A stretch of 57,135 nt of DNA, counting the filler, from Sluysia triapertura (taxonomy: Eukaryota), in the NCBI GenBank assembly GCA_046118255.1. It is 4 parts of 4 records of this genome, joined end to end, with 100 filler letters (N's around TTAATTAATTAA, not from the genome) between each part and the next. Parts side by side here need not be neighbours in the genome. Positions count along the whole stretch, not along the records: positions 1 to 12,989 come from JBJNIA010066624.1; positions 13,090 to 31,337 come from JBJNIA010163037.1; 2 more parts are not named here. One strand, given 5' to 3'. This document shows, piece by piece, positions 1 to 13,344 of this stretch. How positions within the stretch are numbered: position 1 is the stretch's first letter; each line of letters begins with the position of its first letter. The notes under the pieces were generated by a model. It saw only the letters and a program-made list of their open reading frames with translations. It was not told where the DNA came from and ran no database searches. A program made the position numbers and the translations under genes.

Positions 1-112
1 CAACAATGTTTATAATACTTCGTCTGTTACTTCTCATCAATTCTTCCTTCATTTGTAATTCTATATGTCTTTTACTCTTCTCCTAATCCAAAGTTGGACA
101 ATCCCAACATAT
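1..112 (+). repeat. Dispersed repeat family D, fragment
   Basis: caacaatgtttataat...ttggacaatcccaacat aligns by eye with 18264-18372 (caacaatgtttataat...tttggcaatcccaacat). Confidence 0.8.
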
Positions 113-364
113 ATATAATGGGGAAAAACAAAACAATAAAAAGAAAGTTTAATAATAAGGATAAAGAAATGATAATGATAACAATAACGTGATTATTATA
201 AGTTTAAAAATAATGGTATTGTTGATGTTAATATGAAAGTTATTATGTGGAAATTGTGGCAATTATATTATACGATAATAATACTAATAATTATTATATA
301 TTTTAATACGATTGGATCTGTAAAAACAATAGTTATAGTTCGTGATAATTATGTATAATGGTTA

Positions 365-757
<393 letters not shown>

Positions 758-768
758 TTAGGTTATAT

Positions 769-900
769 GATTTGGACGATGTGATTTGGACAGTGATTTG
801 GACATCTTGATATTTAATTTAACAAAAAATAATGACTTTGATATTTAATTTAAAAACGATTTATTTTATGACTTGATATTTAACAAAAAAAGATTTATTT
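769..900. repeat. Short local tandem repeats (3x gatttggac; 3x ttgatatttaa)
   Basis: Read directly from the sequence. Confidence 0.7.
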
Positions 901-1319
901 CGTGAAAATGATTTTAGTATTTTATTTATTTTATTTCTGTTTTTATAAATTAATTATTAATACTACATATTAAAAAATTATTAATATTACTTAATATTAT
1001 ATTTAGTAAAATCTGTAATAAAAATATTAGAAAAATTTTTAATAAATATTTGTTTAACAAACTAAAAAAATAAATAAAAATTTCAAACAATATGGAGGCA
1101 AGTAATTTCACTATAAATAATAATCACTTTCAGCTTAGAGATAATAAGAAATTCGGAGATACAATAAAATCATTTCCAGAGTGAATTTTTGGTTCAAGAA
1201 TAAATCAAAAGCTAGATAGATTTCCATGCAAAAGAAATTTTATTTTAAATAAGTTTCTTTAAAATCCTAATTTTATATAATAGAATTATTAAAATCAACT
1301 TAAACTATTTTTTAATTAT

Positions 1320-1790
1320 TGTCAGACCGTAAAAAGACTGACTTAACCTCTTACTAAATTCAAATAGTCTAAGGGAGACCTTAAGGCTTAAAATATTATC
1401 GTTATTATAATTGTTGATTTATATTTTGTCTTTGTCTGTGCTTATTAATATTTTTATGTTTGTGTATAATTTGTATATAATATACATACACTTTAACGTT
1501 TTCCCATCTTAATTAAAATCAATTATAGATTATAATCAGACCGTAATAAGGCTCATTTAACTTCTAAAATAACTGTACATTTGACCGACCGTAAAAAGGC
1601 TGTCTTAACTTACGAACTAAATTAAGATTTAATTTCTGTGTTGTTACCAGTAACTTAACGCTATTTGAATATAAACGTAAAAAATCGTGTTAAGTATTTC
1701 GCCATCTTTCCTAGTTTAGCTTACCACAAGTCTAATTAGACCGTCGTCGACTAACGATGTAAACCGTCTCTAATTAGCCGAGCTCGTCTC
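1320..1790. repeat. Cluster of AGACCGTAAWAAGGCT-like motifs
   Basis: Copies near 1325, 1538, 1586 and 1738. Reverse-complement copies (agccttattacggtcta, agcctttcacggtcta) at 30367-30440. Confidence 0.7.
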
Positions 1791-1989
1791 CAGAAGATAA
1801 TCTTTTGTAAGTAGGAGAGAACACTTGCAATTTTGACATGGAGTAGAATCACAAATTTAATTTAGTCTCGTATAATAGTACCAAATTCTCCAGCGTTTGA
1901 TTTTTCAACTCACTGGTACAGTAATTAAATGATTTCAATTTTTTACGTGACAAATAATTTTTATAATTGTGATTGTACTTATGTTCCTA

Positions 1990-2785
1990 TATTGTAACTG
2001 TACATTATGTTGAATAATTAGCAACGATTGGGCATCCAATCAGAATAACAAATGTATATAACAAAATTAGAGTGATTGGATGTCCACTCAACTGGCACAT
2101 ATACATATGAAACCTGTGCCTAGTAACCACCACTAAAATATGTCATTTAATGACAGATAGATAATTAAAACTTTTGTATAAAATATTAATGATGATAATA
2201 AATTAATTACAATAATAATAATTATTATAATAAAATAAATAAATAAAATAATAATAACAAATAATAATGCCAATAATATAGTTATATAAAAATACATAAA
2301 CCTTATATTCTTTACACGATCTTTTCTTTTCTTTCATTATTAAAATTCATAACATTTATTTTCTTCTTTCTTAACATAAAAATCTTTATTAAACCACATA
2401 AATAAAATTTTCTTTTAATTACAGAGCTTGAAATGAATTTACAGTATAATTTTAATGTTTTACGAATGTGTTAAAGAATAAGTGTTGAAGAATTGTGAAC
2501 TTGAAATGTTTTGGATTAATTTTAACATGTGTATTTGATAATTTGATATGCACATTGTGATTCTAATGTTGTAAAATTGTGAATTAAGAATGTTTTAAAT
2601 GAAATTTAAAATGTACATTAATGGTTTGAATGTAAGTATAATTTTGATGTTATGATATTGTGAATTTAAAATGTTTTGAAATGTAAAAAGGTTTTAATGG
2701 ATCTGAAAAAAATAAAATGTAAGAATATATGATATTTCATGTGAAGTGGTAATTTGAGTTTTAAATGAAAAGGTTGGCCACCACA
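1990..2785 (-). mobile_element. TGTGG-terminated module M1 (subfamily A)
   Basis: Terminus ggttggccaccaca at 2772-2785. The reverse complement of 2290-2720 aligns with 8310-8830. Palindromes tgtcatttaatgaca (2141-2155) and gattgggcatccaatc (about 2027-2042). Confidence 0.8.
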
Positions 2786-3096
2786 TCAGGAAAGCAAAGT
2801 ATCATTCAAGTCCACATTCCATTTATAAGTAAAATTTTCATTATTCCATTTTATTTAAGTTTAATAATATTAATTTTATTAATATTAACATTTTGTGTTT
2901 TTCGGATTTGTAAATTTTATGTTTATTACATTTGAATTATATTTTTGTATGCTTAATTTTGCATTTTTGACAGGATTTTCAACTTTTATTAGTGTTAACT
3001 GATATTTATTTGATAAAGGATAAATTATATTAATTTCTGTTACATATTAATTTGATTTTACGAGTTCAGAATTTAAATTATTCGATTTATTTTAAA

Positions 3097-3412
3097 TTAT
3101 TTCAATGATAATGCACCACAATGACTCGTATAAATCCACAAAAATATGTCAGGGAAATTTTATTCTCTTCCAGTTCTATATTATTTAATACGAAAAAAGT
3201 ATTTAAACCATAAAGTCAAATCAGAAACGATATGAGTTTTTGTAAGCTTCACAAACTATGTGCGAATTCTTTTATCTTCCTGAAATTAGACACTACGTAA
3301 ACATTTTTACTGAAAAACCTTTAATGAAGTACCTAAACTACTTCAATCTAGAGAAAGAGATAGTTAAAATGTAATGTTGGGTTTGTTAAAGGATGAGGTT
3401 TACGCACGGATG
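3097..3412 (+). mobile_element. Possible decayed Tc1/mariner transposase fragment
   Basis: Frameshifted FQ.DNAP-like motif near 3100 and GLLKDEVYAR near 3380, resembling FQQDNAPxH and WGxLKxxVY. Confidence 0.35.
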
Positions 3413-4085
3413 TCGCATATAGTAAAGTAAATGAATCAACATTTTCTAATTATTAAATTTTTACAACCAAAAATATATTTTTTTAAAATCTTGTAAAACG
3501 GTCAACCGAGTTTGAACTCGCTAACTAACTTATTATTTATATTATAATTTTTATAAGAATTTCTGTAAAGATTAGTTTTTCTTTGTGTTGATAATATACG
3601 TTAAGGATATTACATTGTTTTTAATCAAGAGTCTAATAAATTCATAAAATTTATTTTTGAAAAGCAACATCTTAGTAAGGGTTGCGTAATTATAATGTAT
3701 ATAATTTTAATTAAACAACACCTCGCAAAGGGTTGTATTATAAATTAATTAAAGAGTTACAAAGAGTTTACTCATACAAGTAAAGAAGTTTTTCTAAAGT
3801 TAATTAAGTTTTAAAAATTCCTAATAGTACGTCTCTAGTAATGGTTTAAATCGCATATATTAGGTGAACCGACTCCTTAGATATTTTGTAAGATTAGGTT
3901 TTTAATAGAAACACTTGCATAATTCAGTTGCATTTTTAATTTTCATTTTTGTTAAGGGATTCATTTAACGAATCGCAGTAACTTATAAAATTTCACAATA
4001 ATAAATTAGAGCATATAATAGCTTTCTCCGAATTTCATTCGGCACGTAAAATCTACATTTGTCAGAAAGATGAAAGTAAAACTTA

Positions 4086-4202
4086 TAGAATAAAGTAGAT
4101 TTTTAACGTGAGTCCACCAACATACTAGGCTTACCAGTCACGGCTAGCTGTTGGATTTTTTCTATAATTGAAAGGATTTTCACTAAGGGAAAATATCTTA
4201 AT
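4086..4202 (+). repeat. Dispersed repeat family E (GTGAGTYCACCAA core), copy 1
   Basis: tagaataaagta...gtgagtccaccaacatactaggcttaccagt matches 25752-25860(+) and 27180-27304(-). Confidence 0.8.
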
Positions 4203-5230
4203 GTTTGCTTTAGTTTACAAATGCTCTAAAGTTAAGGTGTGTGGGTATTTAGTTTTTTTTTCAAATTTATAATGACAATTCACAGTAATTAAGATTTTAG
4301 TTACAGCACTGAAAACCGTTTGTAATTTTAATTATAACAATGAAAATCGTTTATAAATTATTTTACTGAAATCCAATTAAAAGGATTTTTTTAAATAAAT
4401 GATTTTACGTTGTCAAAATTATACTCTGACCATAACTTTACTTATAGTGATAAACTAACGTATTTAAGACTACCTGTTCAATAATAATATAGACCTTTAT
4501 CAAATGTAGTATATTTATCAAATGAAGTACAACGAAAAAATAGGATCAATAATAAATTTATAAAATTATTCGATAATTAACTGTTAGTTAATTAAATTTT
4601 TAGACAAATCAGTTTAAAAATAGATTTTACGTGAAACTGTTAAAAGTTTCAATATTTTTTACTAAAAGTATTTTACGTATATTTTGCGAAGATACTGTTT
4701 TTAGTATCGAATCTTAAAAGGAAATAAACTAACGGTACAAAAGAATTTTAAAAGCCAAGCTTGATTAATTTTAATTTTGCGTCCAGAGCCAAGTTGATCT
4801 GAAATAATATACAACTGTGTTCAACTGCATGCAAAACTTGTATTCAATTGAGATTAGTTATGTTCAAAAATTATAAAACTCGCAAAAGCTGTATAAATTT
4901 TTGTGTTTGTCTGTTATGAGGTAATGTAAGAATTTATAAAAAAAAGTTATAATAAAATCAATTAATATTTACACAAATGTAAACCACAATATGTATGTCT
5001 GCACAAATAATATGTTAATAACAATATGTATCAATTGATTATCANNNNNNNNNNNNNNNNNNNNNNNNNNNNNNNNNNNNNNNNNNNNNNNNNNNNNNNN
5101 NNNNNNNNNNNNNNNNNNNNNNNNNNNNNNNNNNNNNNNNNNNNNNNNNNNNNNNNNNNNNNNNNNNNNNNNNNNNNNNNNNNNNNNNNNNNNNNNNNNN
5201 NNNNNNNNNNNNNNNNNNNNNNNNNNNNNN

Positions 5231-5430
5231 TTATTAATACTACCATTATTTTTTATTAATATTATATTATCACTATCATTATATTACTATTATTATTATT
5301 AATATTATCACTATTACTATTTTATTATTAATACTTTTAATACTATTATTATGCTATTATTATTATTATAAATATCATTATTACTATTATTATTATTATT
5401 GTTGTTGCTGTAAAGATTATTCATTATTAA
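5231..5430. repeat. Degenerate (TAT/TAC)n microsatellite beside an assembly gap
   Basis: Read directly from the sequence. Confidence 0.85.
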
Positions 5431-6337
5431 CAAAAGTTCTTTGTAAGATTATTTAAAATTTAATTAAATAATTAAAATGAATAATTAAAGTGTATTAAAA
5501 ATAATAAAATTATTGTTAATAGTTATAATATAGAAAAATATAGTGTAAATTAAAAATTAAGTCAAAAGTATTAGCATAATAGTAAACAATAAAGTGAATA
5601 AAATAATAGTAATTAAAATTGAGAGAAAAATAATAACAGACTATAGTGTAAATGAAATAATATCAAAAAAGTAATTTAACTACATATTACTGTATTAAAA
5701 AATTAGAAAATGTAGTTATTATGAAAAATAATCAAGTATAAATAAATGGGTTCCAGTCTTCGATTTCAAGTATTATTTGAAGGTATTTCGTATTTGGTAT
5801 TCAATTTAATTTTGGTATTCGATTATTTATTGAAGAAGAAGTTATTCATTGAAGATGTTCAAATACTGTTCGAGTTTAAGGTATTTGTTGTACAATTACT
5901 ATTTAGTCAAAGGTATTTAAATAACTGACATTTTATAATTTAAGTTACATTAATATTTATCAGAATAACATTTAAAATAATTAAATTTAAACTTAAAAGA
6001 AAATTAAGATCACGCAAAATATATTTTATATTGTGAATATTATCCGAACTATTTTTGTAGACCTTGTATTTGTTACTTACATTTGATAAATAAATTTTAG
6101 TTAGTTTAGTTTATATTATTTGATTTTACGGAGAAGAACTTGAATTTTAACATTAATCAGACAAAATTACATTTCCATCTCTTACACCAGAGACGAGTGG
6201 AAGGGTAACCTCCAGATATTATTATAAGTGTCTGAAAATAGTTATCTTAAACTCAAGTTGCAATCGTAGGATTTACAAGTAAAGTAGAAGCTATTATCAA
6301 AGACGTAAAAACTTAAAATCATAACTTTTCTCCTAAC

Positions 6338-6500
6338 ACTATTATTATTACTATTAATGATACTATTGGTATTACTGTAATTAATATTACTATTATTATT
6401 GCTATTATTATTACTAGTATTACTATTATTATTACTATTATTATTATTACTATTGTTATTATTACTACTACTATTACTATTATGACTATTATTATTATTC
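6338..6500. repeat. Degenerate (TAT/TAC)n microsatellite; source of the spurious poly-Asn ORF
   Basis: Read directly from the sequence. Confidence 0.85.
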
Positions 6501-6849
6501 TGTGTTAACATAAAGAATTAGTGCCTGAAATTTTAGATATTTCAATTACATATTTTTTGCTTCTGGTAATTATTAATTATATTATTCCGAACATAAGAAA
6601 GTTTTATTTTTCATCAAAATAAATCCTACAAAAATTTATTACCTAGCTAAAAGAAAACTAATAACTCCTGTTTATGACATGACACAAAACTGCTAAAATA
6701 ACTCTAATTTTAAAACACGAGCTTTAAGAAATCACTTAATCACAATAATATGGAAATGACAAATGACAATTTTTGTCATTATTTTTATTTTAATATTACC
6801 TAGATGTTATTATTGTATTTGTCTTTGTAATTCTGAATTGGAGATAAAA

Positions 6850-7440
6850 CGTTAAATATGAAAATAAGATCAGAATCTAATGATCTTGATTCCTCAGAAT
6901 GTGTCAAGTATCAGCTTCTCGTTGATATCGTTGAAAATGCAAATAATATCGATAATTTTGAAACTTATCATAAAAATCTCATCGTTGAAATAGAGTAGAA
7001 ATAAAAATTCTCGAATCCACTTACATAATCATAAAGTAGCTTTATACAAGGTTCAAGGTTTATCAAATCTGAAAATAGAACTGAGTATTGTTTGAAAGAT
7101 GCTTCTAATAATTTCGAAATTTCTGATTCGTTTGCTTGTTATTGCACAATAGCTAAGTATAATTTAGCCTTACCTAATATTATTACAATGATTATAATTA
7201 TAATCAAAATGTTCTCGTGAGACATTCTTTCGAAGGATTCTCCAAAATCAAGAGTAATGCCAACTTTTATTTGGAAATTGTAATATATTTTACTAATAAA
7301 GTTCATCTTTAATTGGAATTTGATCTCTTAGATTTATCTCTAAATATATCCCAAAATTTAAGTCGTTTTATTCGAATTTGACTGTGTTCAGATAGATTTT
7401 AGGTTAAGAAATTATAATATAGCTTATGTGCCCATTAGAG
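6850..7440 (-). pseudogene. Decayed ORF of unknown family, paralogous to 36640-36950
   Basis: Frameshifted translation NLKSI...RD...MNFISK..YNFQIKVGITLD versus NIKSI...RD...MNFISR...YFINITFGITFD at 36640-36870. Confidence 0.45.
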
Positions 7441-8066
7441 CCTTGGTCTTACCAAACATTTTGATAAAGGATGTGAATTATCATATTTCGTAATTTTGTA
7501 ATAAAATATTTGTAATAAAATATTTTGAATTAAAATAGGCATTGAATCAAAACATAAATATGAATTGTATTAAATAACACAAAATTTCATTTCGGTTTGA
7601 CCAGATTTTCTAGATTAAGGAAATGCATTACAGGATCATAACGACTTTCACTTTCATTAAAGAGGAGGATAGTCTCAAGTTTGCAACTCGATATGAATGT
7701 AAAAAATGATGCTACGATTACTTTTTCCATCGTATTCGATCAATTAGAATCTGGGTGATGAAAATCGAGTTGAATGTCGCTAATTGGTTTATTTAGTACT
7801 TTGAATATTTTTACTACAAATTTGATTGAATAATGAGTATTGTCAACTTTACCATTCACATTAATTTCTGTGAATTGTTAAAATAACTGAACACGATTAG
7901 AAATTAATAGAATGTTTCAAAAGAAAATGATGTGTCAAAACAATGTAAATTTTATTTTATTTTCCAAATATTAATCGTTGCCTTAATGGTTTTAAGATTA
8001 AGAATAATTATGATCTGAATTGAGTCGATCGATGGATTTAATTGTCTTTCACCACTAAAACTAGTA

Positions 8067-9390
8067 TGTGATGGTCAACCGATATTTTAAAATTTTATTT
8101 TAACAATTTACAACACAATCACTCTTCAGAACATATCATAATTCTTTATACTTTCAAACACTTTAGACATAAAATTCCGTAGCTTCAAAATCATACTGAA
8201 CATCGGAAATAATCAAAGATTACTTTAAAAAATTAATCGAAACATTTTAAATTAATTTAACATATCGCACATTTTATAACAATTTATCTTTTCTATTATC
8301 AAAACCTTTTTCATATTTTATTTCTTGCAGATCCACTAAAACTAGTCTAATTTCAAAACCCTTATTAATACACATTAAATCTTATTCAAAACATTTTAAA
8401 TTAACAAGTTTTCAACATCAAAACTATATCTTCAGTTAAAACCATCAATCTACATTTAAAAATTCATCTAAAACCTTTTATTCATTATCTTATAACATTA
8501 GAATCACAATTACATCTCATTATCAAATTTACGTCTTAAAAATTAATCCCAAATTTTTCAAGTTTACAATCCTTAACACTCAATATCTAATACCACTGAA
8601 AACATTAAATTAATACTTTGAAATCATTTTAGACATTGAAATCAAATTATTACTTCTTTAACATCTTTAGTTACGTATTATTTTCTTCAATCATTCTTCC
8701 ATCAATTCACTTTACGTTACATATCTCAGTGACTAAATAAATAAAGTTTATTTTAAAAATTTTAGTATGTCTAGAAAAAAGATAAAATAAAAGAAGCTCG
8801 TGTTCAATACATCAAGAGGGATTTATGTATTTAAATTTCGTAATTTTGCGTTTTCTATAATTTTGTTATTATTATTATTTATTATCATTATTAGTTCTTA
8901 TTGTGATTATCATTTTATTTCATTTCGTATTTTGCATAATCATGATTGTTAAATTTTATCATTGTTAATTGTTGTGACTATTTACTGTAACGTCATCAAT
9001 TGACAGTTTTTGGTTTAGTTTAATACAAAAAATTGATTAAACGTTAATTTATGACAGTTTCTATGTACAGTAGCGAATATTACATACACTCGCATGTTCA
9101 TGCTTTAATTCTGACCTGATTTGACGTCCAATCAGTCTCATTTTTATTATTATCATCATCATTCAAATGTGGACGTCCAATCGTATTCAATAGTCACCAA
9201 TCAATGTTATTAGACTTCCAATCAAAACACTACATGGACAGTGGATATTTTTATACACTTATTACAATATGTTCATAGTAAAAAATATTAATTAAAACAT
9301 TTTAGAATTACAAAAAAGACGATTTGATTAAAAAGAATAATAATTATAGTAAAATAGGCATTATCATAATTTTACTAAATTTAATTGACA
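8067..9390 (+). mobile_element. TGTGG-terminated module M2 (subfamily A)
   Basis: tgtgatggtcaacc at 8067, a C/A-rich tract homologous to M1, atgtctagaaa at 8768, (tta)n near 8866, cgtcatcaattgaca at 8991-9005, and gacgtccaatc twice plus further CCAAT boxes in 9120-9225. Confidence 0.8.
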
Positions 9391-10159
9391 ACGATATTTT
9401 ATGTTTATATTGTTTCTTACTTTATAATGTCTATGTATAATATTATAATTATTAGTGAAACGGTTGGTTTAAGATTTTATCATAATTATGGTATTCCAAT
9501 AATGTATTTCAATAAATCATTTAGTTATCCATTGCATATGCTATTCGAATATTTTCATAGAAATATAGTACTCCACTGTCAATTAAATGACGATTTAAAA
9601 TTTAGTTTTGTTAACGACAAGAACTTATAAAGATGTATGTGATGTATATCCATATCTTAAAGAACAATATAGTCATTCAATAAATGATTTTGCCAACCAT
9701 TCTATGTCTCATGAAATAAACGTATTATTGTTGAATATTATAAATCCTTTTAATAATGAAATCTATTGTAGACTGATGCAAGTACAAAATATTAGTACAA
9801 AATGCTTAACTTCTTCATTCTATCAATTTCAATTAAAAGAACTCAGTACAATTAGTACAAACGATAAAAGTTCATAAATTTAGATTTTAATCACAGTAGT
9901 TATGTATCAATTAATGAAACAAAATGAAAGTATCGAATCATTAATAACAACAATTAATGATCAAGTTATATTAATATATGTTAATGTATTTATAACGCCC
10001 CGTAGATTGATAGATGTCGATTCAATTGTCATGACAAATAGAACATTATCACCAAGGACAAACATGTCGAATATCAAATCAAAGTTTAGTCGTTTAAAGT
10101 TCTTCTATGGTACTAGCAAACCTTTCAACATGAATATATCAAGTTATGCTGATGAAATC

Positions 10160-10350
10160 AAACACTACAAGATGTCTCTCCTTCCATTCGAAACTACATC
10201 ATCTGGCGAGTGTTCAAAATACGGCAAAATTTGTCAATATTCACACGGTTTCAATGAACTTCAAGACATTTTTGGCATTCCGACATATCACAATAAATAT
10301 TATGATCGAGTAAATGCTCTTTTAGCAGACGTGACAGCAATATTATTTGA
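10160..10350 (+). pseudogene. ZFP36/Tis11-type tandem CCCH zinc-finger fragment, degenerate
   Basis: HYKMSLLPFETTSSGECSKYGKICQYSHGFNELQ resembles RYKTELCRPFEESGxCKYGEKCQFAHGFHELR. The first Cys is lost and the second finger is frameshifted (KCSFSRR). Confidence 0.65.
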
Positions 10351-12462
10351 TCCAGTTATTCGAAAACTATAATTGAAAATATCTCATGGCATATTCGAGA
10401 AGAATACAATCTATGTTTAAATTCATGTTGCTTTATATTCAAAGATAATAAAAATAAATAATTGTACCTTTTATTTCTACGTTTTATTTAAATTCAGAAA
10501 AATTAAGATTAATTTTGTATTAGAGTTTCTCATTAAAGATAATTATAAGATAAATTTTCAGTTTTATATAATAATAATAATCAAATTATTATAAATAAAA
10601 CTAATCTATTTAACCAAACACCACAAAGTATTAGATAGATCAGCTGAGCTTTGAACATGTTATTGAATATAGACGACTTAAAATTCGTAAATAAAATTAA
10701 AATATAACCTTTCTTGTAATCATTGTAACACACAACAATCATAAGCAAAAACCAAAACTTATTAACAATCAAACTCACTTAACAATAACACTCACACGTA
10801 CTTATCCATTTTTCCATACACACATACAGAATTTAAAATACTACTATTGTTTTCATTTGTACAATGTTATTATTATCACTGTCACCTTATTTTCGCTTGT
10901 TATCATCATTATGTCAATGTTATTCTTTGTAATTGTCATTTTTATCGCTTTGTCATCACTATTGTTCGCACTAAAGAAATTTCTTAACGTAACCTTACCT
11001 TGAATAAATATCTTAACAAAGTCAATTATTTTAACAAAAGATTTAGTCTAGATATATGCATCATAGTAAGTAATTGTTTTAATAATATTATGTCAGCATT
11101 AGACAAACCTGGGTTGTATAATTTAACTGAGCTTACTTTCGTAAATGATATAATACGAAAGGCTCAAATTTAAACTACGAGTTAAACGTCAAATCTAACA
11201 AGCTTTTTGTCTTTATCGATCTCATTGTAACATAAAAATGTGCACGATAAATTAATTCCCTTAAACTCGAATGCTTATTTAATCAACAACTATCAATTAT
11301 CAAAATTCCCAATTTCACCTTAAGGAATTAGTATTTTTCAATATTTGAAATCGATTTTTTCCGTCTGAAATACATAAATATAATTAATTAATATTCTGAT
11401 TATAATATAATGTCAACATATCACATTCGAGATACACAATTTATTTACTAATTTTCATGAATAAGAGTTAGGAATTGTTAAATTGTTATATTTATCCCAT
11501 AATTAAACTGGTAAAAGGACATATGTGTCCCAAAGCATTTTTTCAAAAACCATACATTCTAAAAGTCTAAAATTATGCAAACAAATTCCTTTACATATTA
11601 CAGCACATATCTTAACTGGCCAAAAGTCATATTGAAAGGGTTGAAACCATTACCAAAAAGAGTTTAGCTGAAATTTTAAATTACAAACTTAAAATAAATA
11701 AAATAAATTCAAAATCAATAAATTAAAATGATTGGTGAGTAGGTTTACAAGTACTATTTCTATTTCTCCTTGTTTTGATTCTGTTTGGTTAGATCTTCCC
11801 AATGGAAATTTGAGCAGTGGCGTGTCTGTAATCATCCAGATATTTATGCCAAACGTTCCAGGTTTTGTAGAATTATAACTCTTAAAACTACACAGCCATT
11901 TGTAGTACAGAGTTACTATTCAAAAATCAATATACTTTTTCTTGCAATTGTTATAAATTTTTTATTAATAATTATAATTTTTATTATTTTTTGTTTTATT
12001 TTTAATTATTTTTCAGGAAATTATTGGATAACAAAGAGAGTAGACAAAGTACTGATATAATAGTTTGCATATACTTGATTTGTAGTAAATTGTGTTATGA
12101 CATTCTACATGAATAAAATTTCTGTATGCTTTTTTAACTATTATTTTACTTTCAGAAGTTATTTCCATGACAACAGTCAGTAAATTGCATATATTTATAC
12201 ACTTTTGATTAATAGTTTTTAGTATCATTGAAAAATGCAGAATTTTATCACAAAAATAGCTGTCTTTAGTCTAATAATTGTTAAATTGTAATCACAATGA
12301 ACGCTGGTCTACTTAAAAGCAAGTATGCAAATATGTGGTCATTTAAATTTAGCTAAGAAGAGTAGAGAAGTATGCAAAATAAGTTATAAGATGATCACAA
12401 ATAATTAATTAGTGATATAAGGAAATTTTTAAGTATTAAAATATGTTGTTATTTTTTATTAG

Positions 12463-12938
12463 CCCAAATTCATATTCCAATGAGTGATCTTATTGCTTCT
12501 GGTTCATGTGCTACTGAAAAGTGGTATACACCATTTTCTCCTAATCAAACGACTTCCTCTCTAGTTCCGGTGCAATCATGTATTTCTCCAATCATATCTA
12601 ATCAATCAGATATTAGTTGTTCTCGTACAAATTCCATTTCCACTGTTAATACCAATGATACGACTATGTCGATGTCTCCATCAATTTCTACCAATCAGGT
12701 GCCAACTGTTCGAATTAAAATCAGATATCAATCAATAAAATTACTCATTCAGTCAAGTTATAAACCTTTACTTGATGTTTTATTCGAATCTGCATTACCA
12801 CTAGTGAAATCTATGGAAGCATTAATTAAAGTGAAATACAAAGAAGATTTGATGCGTACTCTGCTTAATGTTCTGATATATCATACACCGAATAAGGACT
12901 TATACCAGAATTTTATAGCCGATTTAATATGTACAGAG
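12463..12938 (+). CDS. Internal exon of a SynGAP/DAB2IP/RASAL2-family Ras GTPase-activating protein (end of C2, start of RasGAP)
   Basis: Acceptor tttattag| at 12462 and donor |gtaata at 12939. Open frame with TEKWY...VRIKIRYQSI...KVKYKEDLMRTLLNVL...FIADLICTE, matching the recalled TEQWY...VRLKARYQ...VKGKEEVASALVHIL...FLSDMAMSE. Confidence 0.85.
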
Positions 12939-12989
12939 GTAATATATTATCATTACTATAATTATTTTATTTCATTTATCATTAATATA

Positions 12990-13089
12990 NNNNNNNNNNN
13001 NNNNNNNNNNNNNNNNNNNNNNNNNNNNNNNNNTTAATTAATTAANNNNNNNNNNNNNNNNNNNNNNNNNNNNNNNNNNNNNNNNNNNN
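12990..13089. other. Assembly gap with TTAATTAATTAA linker (also 31338-31437 and 45342-45441)
   Basis: Three identical 100-nt blocks: Ns flanking a 12-mer that has stops in all six frames. Confidence 0.95.
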
Positions 13090-13145
13090 TATATATAGTA
13101 TATATATTGCATCTTAGTACATTAATTTATTTTATTACCTTAATA

Positions 13146-13213
13146 CAGTGGTGTCAAAGTGGCGGCCCACGGGCCGCTTGCGGCCCGTAAAGCAAAAAGG
13201 TTTGACACCACTG
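13146..13213. mobile_element. 68-bp hAT (Charlie/Buster-like) MITE
   Basis: Perfect 13-bp TIR CAGTGGTGTCAAA...TTTGACACCACTG with a GGCCC-rich subterminal region typical of hAT ends. The 8-bp flanks differ, so there is no clean TSD. Confidence 0.8.
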
Positions 13214-13344
13214 GTATAAATGGTAAGTAAAACTTAAGTCTAACTTAAATAAAATAATTTGTATGTAATAAATTTTGAATTATCATCAGTTACGTGATTT
13301 AAAATGTCATTAAAATAAAACAAAATTAAGTGATGCATTTAATG

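Noticed and set aside
5026-5259. ORFs spanning the N gap
   Set aside because: Artefacts of ambiguous bases.
6242-6511. Poly-Asn ORF; also the poly-Ile ORF at 35765-35965
   Set aside because: Translations of TAT/ATT microsatellites.
13034-13045. TTAATTAATTAA repeated three times (also 31382 and 45386) as a biological motif
   Set aside because: It is always centred in a 100-nt N block, so it is an artificial scaffolding linker.
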